DNA of 64,000 nucleotides from Pseudogymnoascus verrucosus. Lineage: Eukaryota. Below, piece by piece: positions 23,401 through 35,845 of the stretch. Each line of letters opens with the position of its first letter. Positions within the stretch are counted from its first letter, which is position 1. The stretch is taken from NCBI GenBank assembly GCA_001662655.1, contig KV460218.1, one strand, 5' to 3'. The notes beneath the pieces are model-generated. The model ran no database searches. It had not been told where the DNA came from and saw only the letters and a list, made by a program, of their open reading frames with translations. The position numbers were made by a program, and so were the translations under genes.

Positions 23401-26400
23401 TGATAGAAGCAACAGAGTTGCGCCTCGTAGTCCAGGGAGTGAAATCCTCGGAACTCTTGGAGTCGCGATCAATGTTCTCATGAAGCCGTTGCCATCTGTT
23501 CTCCTGCTCGCCAACCTCCTTTTCCATCTCAGCAAGAAGATCATCTCGCTGGTCCTGGGTAGCGTCGCCAAGGCTAGACGACCTATCGCGAATGAAAGGT
23601 AGCATATCAGGCTCCTCGAGCTGCTTTAACTGGGCCTGGATTTCTTGCAAGGCCCGGTTAGGTGTATCTATCACCACAGCTGGTAGCGGCTTTTGAGCAA
23701 ACGAGCCTTTATTCTTTGCCGTTCGTAGAATAAGAGGGGTAGGTGGCACTGATTTAGAACGGGAGTGGTTCTGCCTAGTCGAAAACGCTGGGATTTGGTC
23801 ACCGATACGTGTGTGCCAAGTGTCGGTGGTGGGGGTTTTGACGGTGGGAGTCTTGAAGCCTTCGGTTCCGAAAGTCTGCGATGAGTCGTGGAGGAACGAG
23901 GTGGGGCCAGCTCTGGTCGTAGGGGCTTCGGTAGGGTCATAACCCATCATTATCGACATGAACTTGTGGTCTTTAAGGAGCGAATCCGCGGTGCTTGAGG
24001 ATGAATCACGTTGGGCGGTGTAACTCTTTGGGAGAGCAGGTAATGGCTCATGCAACCAGTCGGCATCTTTGACCACATGGCTGTCGTCGGAGCTATCGGT
24101 CATTTCTGTAGACGAGGAGTACATTTTCTGAGACGGGATATTAGACTTTCTGATTTGAACAACATCATTGCCTACGTCAGGAACAGTAGCATTGAGGGCG
24201 CTTCTGTATGTATCTCGTTGTATGAGTTGCTGTGTATGCTTTTTCGGTGAAAGGTTGCCCTTCGTTTCGACAGGTAATATGGAAATGATAGTTGATCGCC
24301 TTGACGATCTACGGCTGGCGAACTCGTCTTTGCTTATGGCTTCAGGCGCATCGGCGGTAGACATAGACAACACAGACACGCTGCTAGGTAGCGACGGAAC
24401 AGATGATCGGCGTTGCGATTTGAATGTACCAACTGGGGGCATTGGGAAGAGCATCGAAACCTTTTCGTCATTTGTCATGTTGTGAATATGATCCTTCAAC
24501 AATCCACGCATCTGAGCAAGATCCGCAGGTGGCGCGGGTAGCGGCGGCAGCAAGGTTGGGCTTCCAATGCGAGGAGCTCTCAATACCGATGAGCTAGATC
24601 TGTTGCGTCGATGGTTTGGCGAAGGCTCACTTGGAAAGAACACACCCTCCGAGTCTCTAGTCTTCTTGTATGGGCGCGCTCGATGCAAGATTGAAGGTTT
24701 GGCGGCGAGACCGACGGATTTGGACCTGTCCATGGGAGCTTTAGGTTTCTTTGAAAAGTTCGGCACCTCATTGATAATTGAGTCAACCAGTCCGGGGTCA
24801 TCATAGACGATGTCCTTCATGAACATGATCGTTTGTCGCTTTTCGGGCACAGGTTGGAAGTCCTTAATCTTTGGATTCGACGGTAAAGTATTGGTAATAG
24901 CAGGCTTGTAGTATTGCCTCTTCTCGTCAATATCAAACCCATTCAGCTGGCGTGGAGATCTCCTCCGTACGTCTTTACGACCGGGAGACAGGCTTGAAGA
25001 ACTAGAACTTCCATTCGAGCTCACGGAGCTTTGAGAAGTCTGGTATTTCAAGTCTTGATAGTTTCCAGAGGGCTTCTTGCGGACCGTGCTGATGCTTCTC
25101 TTCAATGCTTCGGAAGGATCCAAACCGGTCGGTGGTGCAGGGGCGGGGCGAGTGGCCACGAGAATGCGTTGAGTGGCCGCCTCTTCACGCCGAGCTCGTT
25201 CGTTAGCTGCTGCGGTAGCAAGATCCACGGTTTGCATTCTTAAGGGTGCGCCCGAAGGTTCATCCGTGTTAATCAATATAGGCTGAGAAATCGCGAGTTT
25301 CCTCGGGCCTGACTGTGCGGATTGCTTGGAGCGGCCGAAGAAAGACCGCTTCTGTTTCGCATCCGGGTCCTCGCCATCCCAAACAGGTCTCGATCTTTGA
25401 ATAGACGGAATGACAGGAAGTGGGGCTGATATGGTAGTAGTCACGCCGCCCATAATATTGGTGGAAGTTCCAAGTGAGCGCCTTTCGGTGGGGGATTCTG
25501 CTGACAAAACTCCGGTGGCAATATCGACAGATCGAGTATTGACCATTATATTCCCGAAATTGGACTGTGGCCCCTCCCGATAACTTTGTAGCTGTGGCGA
25601 ATCACCGGGGGTGCTCGATGGGTTCACGACAAACAGTCGTCCATTGGTAGCCCCTCTAGTACTAGACATTGGAGAGCCATCGCCAGTACTGGTCGAGTTG
25701 AATCGGGGGCGTGGCGGGGCGATGAACGGTGACTGTGATTCCGGAGTCCCACCTTCTGCTTCGCGCGGCGATAGTAATGCTTCGGACCATATCGCTGCGA
25801 TAGTCAAGAGAATACCAAGGCCGGTGGCGGGAATGGCAGTGCGTAGCAATAGTATGATGGAGGAAAGCCCAAGGTGCAGAGTCACGCTCGTTCCAGTCCA
25901 AATGGCAAATCCAGCTGTGAAGAGAGCGAGGGCTTTGCCTTGTTCTTTGTTCGATGTCGACTGTATTCCGTTACTGCTGCCGCAGAACCCCAAGGTGAAG
26001 AGTCGTATCGCCACGAGGCCGAGGATGATGGCATCTAGACCGATAACAAGAATCGATACTGGCAGTGCCTCGGAACGTGGCACGCACAATGGTGCATACT
26101 GTGCCCTTGTAAATACAACAAACACAATACCACTAACCGCCCTCGCCCCGATTAGAGACCCGAGACCATATTTCTCGGCCGACGACTTGGACACATGCGC
26201 AACAGTCCAGAGGAGAAAGGATCCGCTCAGCGTTCGTGCGGCTTGGTCGAAGAAGGTCGATGTCGCGATAGTCCCTTGACATATATTCGAGCTCCTGGAG
26301 GGTATCAAGAAATTAAGAAATCCAATCTGCGCCCACAGAGCAGAGGATAGAATGAACGTTATGAGGACCAGCCTCCGACGGTCTTGGAATATAGTTGAAC

Positions 26401-26553
26401 CATGACCGCTTAGATAAATAACAAATGAAGAGACTGCGGTTTGCAATAGGATACCACTGGACGATGGTTAGTAGTGGAGAGACAAACCCAATTTGGAGAT
26501 ACCGACAATGAAAAGGCAGCAGACAAGGTCTGAATGCTGTCTGAGATAGCCAT
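20469..26553 (-). CDS. Large (~1988 aa) hypothetical protein with N-terminal multi-pass membrane region and long S/P-rich tail with repeated LW motifs; 3 exons
   Basis: ATG at 26553. Introns 26506-26457 and 22782-22715 (GT..AG with branch motifs) join the 1238-aa and 751-aa ORFs in frame. About 5-6 hydrophobic segments lie in the first ~240 aa. Confidence 0.85.
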
Positions 26554-27369
26554 TATGCTGCAGACTAAAAGGAAGAAGAGATCGAAAGAGAATAAAAGCC
26601 CAGTCTATGGGTAACAAGAATGTAAGGCGTCACAACTGGCATGTCGCGTGCTACAACCACCCAGTCATGATTGATGAGCGCCGGCGTCAACAACAAGAGC
26701 GACGATGAGATGAGGATTCCAGATGGAAAGACTTGAGATGTGACGAGACTAAAGATAGAGTAGGGTCTAGGGGTCTGAGAGAAGACAGTAGCTTCACCTT
26801 GGCTCGGGACATGACCTCTCCACACAACAACACCATGATACATGGTGGCTTACCAGGCCTAGCCATGACAAATTTTCACTCACTGGGGAAACCTGGCGGT
26901 GGGCCACGAAGGCTCGACCAAGAGACAATTGGCAGGTTACGGAACAGTGGGCTCAGACATGAGATGCGCCGACACTGTGCGAAAGGGGCGATCCCTGGTT
27001 TCCCCCACGGACCGGAACGAGGTTCGCATGATGTTTGTGATGTTTTCTAGTGTAGCGCGTCCCTGGTATTGGGTGTATTTGGGTGGTGGCGGATATGTCA
27101 TGTTTCGGAAGCATGTTCTCAACGTCGTGAGTTTCGAATATGGCAAGGAACGAGACAAAGCCAAGAGCCAAGTGACTTTGGTGGATGGAGCTGCTATAGG
27201 AGTAGAGTAGTATCGCACAACACATGGAAGGGATATTGAGGGCACGGCAGTAGAATAGAGATCGAGCGTAGCTACGAATAAATTCTAAGTAGTAGTAGTT
27301 GAAGGTTAATTCTGTTGGACGAGTTGTAGAAGTTGAGCTCTATGTATGTGGTTGTGGTTAGACCGCGTA

Positions 27370-27522
27370 TTATCACGTGATAACTACATTCTATCGCGTT
27401 GTGCGAGTACATTGTATATTATCACGTGATGCATAAAGTATACCATTGTGCGCGGATTGTGCATATTATCACGTGGTATTTTATATTTTTGTGTGCGGTA
27501 ACACAACATCTGATCACATGAT
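27370..27522. promoter_or_regulatory. Cluster of ATCACGTGAT-type E-boxes in the divergent promoter upstream of the SREBP gene
   Basis: TTATCACGTGATAA (27370), ATCACGTGAT (27421), ATCACGTGG (27468), ATCACATGAT (27513). Confidence 0.6.
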
Positions 27523-27572
27523 ATACCGGAGTCTAGTCAGGCACCAAGTCTGGACTGAGAATGTACAATGCG

Positions 27573-27625
27573 AACATCCCCTAACATGCCTAACATCCTA
27601 GCATCCTAACATCCCTAACATCCCT
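27573..27625. repeat. Short degenerate AACATCC(C)T tandem repeat
   Basis: About 6 imperfect copies visible. Confidence 0.7.
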
Positions 27626-28629
27626 ATGAACAGGAACAACTCTCATTTATGAAAGTCTCGGTCTATGAACAAACAACTGTCGTTTTAGAGCTTCGGCAGA
27701 TGTGATACCAACAGGTACAACATACATCATTCAGTGCCAGTTACTTAAGTACTACTACTACTCCTCCTCCTCCTCCTACACCTACTACTATTCTTACTAC
27801 TACTACTCATCTTCCTTTTTAAACCTAACTCTATCGACTTCTACGTGCATTTTATCACATGCACAGTAATATACATCGCCTATCGTTTACTAAATCCATT
27901 CATAATATAATAGTATCCTGCTGTAGAAATGCATGGTAGCAACGCCCAGCTTGTACGGGAAACAACAAAATACGTGGCCATGGGAGGATTTTCCTGACCT
28001 AATACTCCCTAATGATGTCTCAGTCTCCAAGGTCGGCTATGTCTGTCTCAGTGCATGATACTCTATACGTGCAGACATTCCGCGTAGTCTGCATAGTCTG
28101 CACAGTCTAGATACGCGCAGCCAAACAGAACATTCCCATCTCCAAAATCTCCACTGTGGCGGTAAAATAGATAAAAAAGAGTTCGCAGATCTGGGAAAAT
28201 CCATGTGCCCAATGTTGATTAGTCATCCGCATAAACCTCGCTGCGACTTCTGCCGTTCCGTGTGTGTCTCTGTGTCTCTCTTCATACAGTAATATTGTAC
28301 TTGTACTTACAAAAGCCCACAGTAGTCAGTCAGCCTTCTTGCGGGAACGGAACCCGCTTCCGCCCCTCACCCTTCCTCTTGTCCTTTTCAATTCGGCCCT
28401 GAGACATGCGAAAACAGGATATTCGGCCCTCTACTACAACAAACATCTCACACTGCCTACCGACTCGCCATTTCCCGCCCCTTACCCCGTACGAAGCGAT
28501 GATACAGGAGTCTCCTTGCCGTCCCTACCCCGGATTCTAAACGCTGCGCCTTATCGGCAAGCCTGCGCGTATCGGCGCGCCGAAATACCAAGTTCACAAG
28601 ACACGGACGGGCCGCGTCGACTCGGCGAG

Positions 28630-31465
28630 ATGGCGGGAATGATGCCCGATCAACCATTTCCTGAATACCAGGCCGGCCCTGAAATATCCCCGTCACTCGA
28701 CGGCATGTTGAATCTCGACGTCGAGCCTATGTTCCCAGAGTTCTGGGACATACAAGATACCCCACCATTCAGCCAGGAAGGCCTCGACCAAGCGCCATTG
28801 CCATGGAGCGGCCCTCCGATGGGCATGGGCGTGGGCGCTCCCATGCAACCCAACGTCGAGTCGTTACAGCAGCCAGCCATGGGAACTTTGTCGGTGGCGC
28901 AACAAGAGCTGCTGCGCAGCATCGCGATGCCGGCTCACCTCCAATATCCCAGTGCACGAGAAAGCAGGAGTCCTCACTCGAGGAGTCCTCACTCGGCAAC
29001 CAGCAGACGCCAAAGCGGTTCGGTGACAATGTCATCACCAGACCACCAGAGCCGAACGAGAAAGCGAAAGTCGTCCACGGATGGAAATGAGGAGGATCAC
29101 TCAGGCGACGAGACCGGCCAGCGGCCAGTTAAGAAGACGGCGCATAATATGATCGAGAAGCGGTATCGCACGAACTTGAACGACAAGATCTTGGCTCTAC
29201 GCGACAGTGTCCCAAGTCTACGCGTTATGACGAAGAGTGCGCGAGGAAGTGACGGGAGTACGGAGGTTGAAGATCTCGAGGGGCTCATACCAGCGCACAA
29301 GCTGAATAAGGTCGGTGAAGAGGCAGGATATACTGGGGAAGTTTGCTAATGTGACAAAGGCAACCGTATTATCGAAAGCAACAGAATACATTCGACATCT
29401 AGAAAAGCGATCAAAGCGCCTGGCAGAAGAGAACGAGTCTATGAAGGCCCGCGTGGCCGCATTCGAGAAACTATTCCTATCTGGTTCGATGGGCTTCAAT
29501 ATGACACCCAATCCGACACCGCCCCCGAACAATCAATTCAACTTCGAACAACAAATGGGATTCACAGGCGGCCACGGGCCAATGGGCGGACAAATGCCGA
29601 ACACACAAATGCATAGCGGACAAATGTCGAATCGACAACTCCCCAACGGACAACTTGCTCCAAATGGCAACCACGGTGTTGTTGTTGGGCCTCCACAAGA
29701 CTTCAGAAGAGCGCACCGCCCTCCACCAATAAACCAGCAAGCATATCAAATCCACCAAGAGCCACAACCCCTACCAAATCGGGCGCAAGGCGGCACCAAC
29801 GCATGGGGGGGGAATGGAGCATACTTCGGCAAGATAATGGTCGGCTCCCTCGCCGGCCTAATGGTCCTCGACAACTTCAGCGAATCCCACTCCTCCGGCG
29901 GCCCTTCCGAACAAAGAGGCCTCTTCGCCCTCCCAACCCAACTACTCACCAACGCCGCCAAATTCCTCAAATCATCCGGCGAAATCAACATCCTCGGCCA
30001 CCACTCCTCCTCCGCCCAAACCCTCTCCTATCTCCGCTTCCTCCTCCTCCTCGGCGCCCTCCTCTCCGTTTTCCTCCCCTCCTTCTTCCGCCGCGCACCG
30101 CCACCCTCCTCCCCAAAATCCACCGCCAACGCAACTCTCGCCTCCCTGGCCCCCACCATCGCCTCCCCCCTCCGCCTCCGCCGCCGCGCCTTCCTCACAG
30201 CCCTCCAAACAATCTGGATCCCGGCCCCAACACCCCTCCTCTCCCTCGCCGCCCTAACCCTAAAACTTACAAAACTCACCCTCCTAACCCTCGTCGGCGC
30301 GCCCGCCTACGCACTCCTCACCGGCTCCTCCTCCCCTTCAGAAACAGCTCGCATAAAAGCTTGGTCTATCGCCCTAGACGCCCAGCTCATCGGAGGCGAT
30401 CCCCTTGTCTCGCGCGCAAGACTGACGCTCACTTTACTCGCTTCCGCTACCCTTCCCGCTACACCGGCGCGGCTGATGCTGCAGGCGCTACATATCCGTA
30501 TCCTCTTCCACAACGCCCCTTTCCCCCTATCACCTACCCTCGCCGCGCACCTGGCTCGAAAGAAATGGTCCGCAGCCCGCGCCCTCCAGCTTATCACTGA
30601 GGCCCTCCCCGCCTCCGGCACAGACGTCTCCACAGAACCGCTACCACCACACCTTCTCGCCCTCCTCGCGCAGCCCGCAAAGGCGGTCTTCTCCGACGCA
30701 GCTATCAAAACCGCTCACGCGTTGACATATAACACGCCCCCCCTCCCCGCAGAAGATCGCGCCATCCGCTCCCCCCTCGATGTACTAGCCGCCGCTTTCT
30801 CCACTTCCACCCTCCACACCGCGTTAGAATCATCGCTCCTACCTTCCTCTTCCTCCTCGCCAACACTTAGCAAACTATTATCCACCGCCCTCGCTACTGC
30901 GCCGCCGGGATCAACACCGCATCTCCGCGTCCTTACGGCTTTGGCGCTCTTCGCTTCCTCCTCTGCTGAGAGGGAGGAGAATTTAGGACTCGCGTTAGCG
31001 GAGGCTGCGGCGCGTGATCCGCCGCCGGAGACGGGGCCGTTGGCGCCGAAGGGACTGCTTCTTCGGACGACGATGAGTGCAGTGGAGGGGGACGTACACC
31101 TCGCGCTCGCGTGTGCGTCTACACTCCAGCGGCTTGCGTATCCGGTGACCAGGTTAAGGGCTTTGGTAGATATTGAAGGCTTAGCGCGGCCGAACTCGGT
31201 GCTAGGGTTCGCAGCGTGTTATGCCGTACTGCGCACGCTGCAGGTTAAGGGTGGTGAGGATGGGGCCATTGCTGGGAAGGCGATGGAAACACTCGCTGGA
31301 AATCTGCGTGTTGGTATTGGTGGTCCGGAGGGTGAGGAGGTGGAGAAGAGTGTTAGAGAGGGGGTGGTTGGGGTGTGTGTTAGTGTTGTGAGGGCTTGTG
31401 TTGTTGTTGGTGGGGGTGGGGAGGAGGAGGTGGATGCGGGGTATGGGAGTATGAGTGATGAGTGA
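28630..31465 (+). CDS. srbA: SREBP-family bHLH-Zip transcription factor (SrbA/Sre1 type), ~928 aa, 2 exons
   Basis: Basic region [20 protein letters not shown] carries the SREBP-diagnostic Tyr. Intron 29311-29359 joins LNK to [15 protein letters not shown]. Hydrophobic segments follow ([27 protein letters not shown]). The C-terminal [27 protein letters not shown] region is typical of the DUF2014 domain. Confidence 0.92.
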
Positions 31466-31731
31466 TTATGACGGGAACGGGGGGTATGTGTAATGACGGG
31501 ATGGATGGATGGATGATAGATGATGGGTGATGAATGCATGGTAGACTTAATAGTAGATATCCGAAGACAGACCTATATAATTCCCACCACGACGGCCGAC
31601 CCAACAGTGACTTCCCCCTCCTCTTACCCACCCTGCCCCCCTCCAAGCTACAAGACCGTCCGTATCATAGACCCAGTATCCTTGTTCTAGACGACGAAAA
31701 CTAGCATTCCTACCACTTCACTACGGAACAC

Positions 31732-32571
31732 TCAGTCCTCATCATCCAACCAGACTTTCCTCGCCCACTGCCCCAGGTCCTGTGCCGAAAACACAATATC
31801 CCCCTCCCCCTCCCCAGCAGCCCTTCCAAACACCTTTTCAAACCCCAACACCAGCGGTGCACCCTCAACCTCATCCTTAGAAATACACACCTCCTGCGTC
31901 CGAGTGACTTGCTTCGCAGCCGACCTCGTAACCCTCTTCGTCTCATCCCGGGATGGTTCCCACGTCTCCAACACAATTTCCCGCTCATCAAGACCCAAAA
32001 TAATAATAATCGCCACCCTCACCTCCCCCTCTGACCCCCCAACCCACCACCCCGCATCCCACCTCAGCCCCTCCACCACCTCCTTAAACCCAACTAAGGT
32101 AACTACAGTCGGCCACCCATCCCTCCCCCTCCCCCTCGGTCTATACGATGAATCCGGCTCCCTCTCCACCCCCTCCTTCCTACACGTCGTCGCACCTTCA
32201 GGCAGTAATTCCTCCCAATCCATTCCCATACCCCTAGCCCTCGAGAAAATCCACCACTCAAGTAGCCGGTCCGAAGATTCCAGTCTCGCCTCCCCCATCA
32301 GTTTAGCTACCATCTCCTCCTTCCCGGCGTCGTAGGTGAGGCGCACGCATTTTGGGAGGGTGTGCCGGCCGTCGTAGCGCCCTAGGGAGAGGGTGGTGAA
32401 GCGGGAGGGGGGGAGAGAGGAGAAGAGGAGGTATTGGGTGCGGGAGGTGCCGAAGCATAGTTGGTCGAGCTGCTGGGCGATGATGGAGCGGGTTTTGCGG
32501 ATGGAGGTAAAGGGGTGGGTGGGTAGGGATGGGGGTGGGGGGTTGAGGTTTGTTGTAGGGGTTGCTGGCAT
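31732..32571 (-). CDS. Hypothetical protein, 279 aa, PD-(D/E)XK/Uma2-like fold family
   Basis: Motifs EPDSSYRP..WPTVV..VG..E...L.WDA.WW and C-terminal PLVLGFEKVF resemble a widespread fungal family, recognised from memory. Confidence 0.65.
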   Translation of the reverse strand: MPATPTTNLNPPPPSLPTHPFTSIRKTRSIIAQQLDQLCFGTSRTQYLLFSSLPPSRFTTLSLGRYDGRHTLPKCVRLTYDAGKEEMVAKLMGEARLESSDRLLEWWIFSRARGMGMDWEELLPEGATTCRKEGVEREPDSSYRPRGRGRDGWPTVVTLVGFKEVVEGLRWDAGWWVGGSEGEVRVAIIIILGLDEREIVLETWEPSRDETKRVTRSAAKQVTRTQEVCISKDEVEGAPLVLGFEKVFGRAAGEGEGDIVFSAQDLGQWARKVWLDDED

Positions 32572-32980
32572 GGTGGGTGTAGGTGTTGGAGTGTTGGAGA
32601 AGCACTGGGGAAGCGGTGGTGGTGTGATAAGTATGCGGGAGTGAGAATGGTGGGTAATGCGTCACTTGGGCTAGTCGTGCGGGACTAAGAGTACTAGTAG
32701 GATCTCTAAACTTGGTTCTATTTCTTAGTAACTAGGATGGTGAGTATAATTGCTATGATTACAACTTATAAAATACTGCAGTGAGAGTAAATGATACTCT
32801 ATATTTAACGATATGACGGCTGGGAGGCTCCTGAAAGGGGCAGCTTCCGTCGCTGTTTTATCCAGCTCGCTTTCCCAGGTTGTCCAGGTTCAACGGGCTC
32901 TGCCAGTGATCAGAATGAGAATTTTTATTAGTTGTTTGAACTCCATTAATTACTGTTATGTTTGTATATAGATTTATATT

Positions 32981-34891
32981 CTATTTCCCCGGTCCCAATT
33001 CAAATTTCTTGACCGAGTTTGGTAGTTCGTGGATGGGGTTCCCCGACGTCTCGGGAATGTTACCCATAGTCCACATTTCACTCGTATCGTGTGGTACTTG
33101 TGAAACGGAGTAATACTCCTTGTTCTGTGGACCGATTTGGGGTACGTTCTTCTGCTGTTGTGTTCTACGCCGCCAGAAGAAGATGACGGCCGCGAGAATG
33201 GCAAGAACAGCCACGCCTCCGATGACGCCCCCTACAATGGCTCCAATGGGCGCTTTGGATTTCGGAGCTTCTCCATCTATATTAGTCGAAGTCGACTTGT
33301 CATTACTACCAATACCAGTTGGGGTTCCAGTTGGGGTTCCCGTAGAGGTTCCCGTAGATGTTCCCGTTGAGGTTCCGGATGGGTTCTGGGAAGCATCCTT
33401 TCTCACGAAGATTTGCTCTAGTGCCGGGTCATTCCATAGCTGAGGGTAAGTCCCCGTCGCCTTATAGCTGGCTGTCACTATATCGGCTGGCTTATAGGCC
33501 GCGGCGTTAGGGTCGTATTTGGTCGTCCACTCCAAAGTCGTCATATCGAAAAGAACCAGTCCGTTCGGCAATGCGTCCCCCTCCGTCATCGAGGGTATAT
33601 TACCCAGATTATCGCCTGGGATACCACCGATGCTGATCATTTGGCGATTATTTATTCGGGCGCAAGTATGTGTCGTGCGCCAATGCTCCGCTTGGTTGGG
33701 CGCTTCTATCCATGTGAAGGCTGGCAAGGTAAGGATGAATACCTTTTGCAGAACTTCATCTTTACGCTCCCCATGATCGAACGAGGAATATCTCCCTCCG
33801 AATATGAAACTGTGCAGATATTAGAAACAGTGTGCAATAGAAGGTCCGGAATAACTAACATCTCGTACGTCCCGTTCTTACCTGGCGTACCTGCAGAAGC
33901 GGAGCAGAAATTCATACGACTAGCAGGCGCATTCGTCGCCGCTTGCTGGTAAAACTTCTTAGATCCGATATCATAGACTGTGATTACGTCGAGTGCTGCT
34001 GGGACCAAGGTACGCATACTGGGGTCTGTAGGAGTTTGGCCCCCAAAATAGAGTATGACCCCGTCAGTCCCAAAGACCGGAACGTACTGTCCCTCGCCGT
34101 CGGTTCGAAGGGTATTCAGGGTATTCGACAATGTCGTATTTTCGTATTTGTCCGAAGTAAAGTTACTGATAAACATCTGATCCAATGCTTGGCTAATGGT
34201 TTTACCATTGTCGCCGTAGCTATAGTAGAAGCCTCCATGTATAAAGTGAGCGTCGGGTGTCGTTACATATTGTCCAGAACAGGTTTGAAGATGTGCAGCA
34301 GGGCCGTCCGAGTCTCCGGTGTGGAGAGACCAGCTAACGCTTCCATCGTCTTTGGGTTGGAACTCCCATTCTTGGGGGGGGCTCAAATAAAAGGAGCCTC
34401 CGTTTTTTTTATATTGCAGACCAGCTACGGATAGAACCGTGTCTTTTTTTGGGTCGTACCACAAGTCAGGTCGCTTTCCAAGTGGTACGCTTGAGGTTTT
34501 ATTCGACTTGACAGGGACAACCGAGTCTGTCGTCCAAGATTTGGAGAGGTCGATCGCGAAGGTCTGTTCATCTAAGGGATGTCAGTTATGAGCTTTGCTC
34601 AATCGGTTCAGCACAATGCGACATGACATACTCCACTGAACACTGGCATTGGCGCCGGCATGGCCCCATGTCCCCCAAATCTCGCCGCCGTCAATATACA
34701 GCCAATTTTTCGCAACCAAAGCTAGCGCGCCAGTCAGTAAAATGCGCATGAACCGAATTCTATCGCAACATACAACGTTGAAAAAACCAGTAGGTGGTGC
34801 CCGTCGGAAGGAAGCTAGATGCCGCAAGTCCGGTAGCAAACAGCAAAGTCAACACGGCGCGAGCCAACCACGACGTTAGCGGGTTTCTCAT
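32981..34891 (-). CDS. Kelch-repeat single-pass membrane protein with signal peptide and S/T stalk; 4 exons
   Basis: ATG at 34891 with a hydrophobic leader. Kelch-like motifs LYIDGGE, AIDLSKSW, ILYFGG, VYDI, IFIFGG, ILTLPAFTW. GTST repeats, then TM segment GAIVGGVIGGVAVLAILAAVIFFW followed by RRR. Three GT-AG introns keep the frame. Confidence 0.85.
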
Positions 34892-35845
34892 GATGGCGAG
34901 GTGCGTTGCTGTTGTGACTGGACGGTATACCGTCTCTTGTGCCTGTCAGAGTACATCAGGGGACGCGCTGGATTATAAGGTAAGGCTGGAGACAGCTGCC
35001 AAGGGAAAGCTGAGGGTTAATTGGGGATTAGACAAGGCTGCGAAGAGGTAGGATTGTCTCCGCGGACGTAAATGAACCTTCATGATGTTCTGTCCAATTG
35101 TAAAAAGGTAAAGGATCCAATTTATAATTACAATGCGGGCGGATCCGTACCGGATAATCTGCGATGGGCAGGTGTGTTGTCTTGGGTAAGTGTTTCAGGG
35201 GTCGTCTTGAGCTAATATTGCCGTTAAGGGTGCTCGCTTTGCTCTATTTAGCGATGTGACAGCGGCTAGGAGGGAACTAAAAGAGCACGCCCGCCTAGGA
35301 TGAGGGAGAAAACGATGGGAATGAGAATATAAAAATGAATAGTTTAATGTGAAATCAAAGTTTAGAGACATGCTACGGCTCTATTGCAGCGTGAAGAGAC
35401 GAAATCGATCCCACCAAACAATGGTAGACCAGCCCCAAAGTGATGGACATAAGGTTGTGGCTCGTGCATATCTTGACTAATATCACAACCTTATTAATAA
35501 GGCTGCAGGATCTCCCTATTAAGCCCCGTTTCAGGTAGACTTGAAAAAAAACTATTATACTTCGTATCAATATATTAAGAATAATAAAAAGACTATTGAA
35601 GTAATAAGTTTGCAAACTGCACCGGCAATTTAACGATTTTCTATAATTCTAGAAATTTTGAAGTTTTGTGCACGGTTGGGAAGCTAGATTTCGGCTTTTT
35701 GGTGTCCGGGTTAGCGTATTCTAGCGCCGATTGACAAACGACTGATCCTGAATTGTACCACGGGATACCACCATCCACAACCTCGCCATTTGAAATAATT
35801 CTCTCGTGAAGGACTAGGCGCTTTAGGGTCGACTGATGGTGCGCG

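Noticed and set aside
27573..27625. Interstitial telomere repeat
   Set aside because: CCCTAA occurs only inside a longer AACATCCCT unit and is not a tandem TTAGGG tract.
29803..30708. Pro/Arg-rich and Gly/Glu-rich alternative-frame ORFs
   Set aside because: By-products of the very C-rich coding strand of the SREBP C-terminal region.
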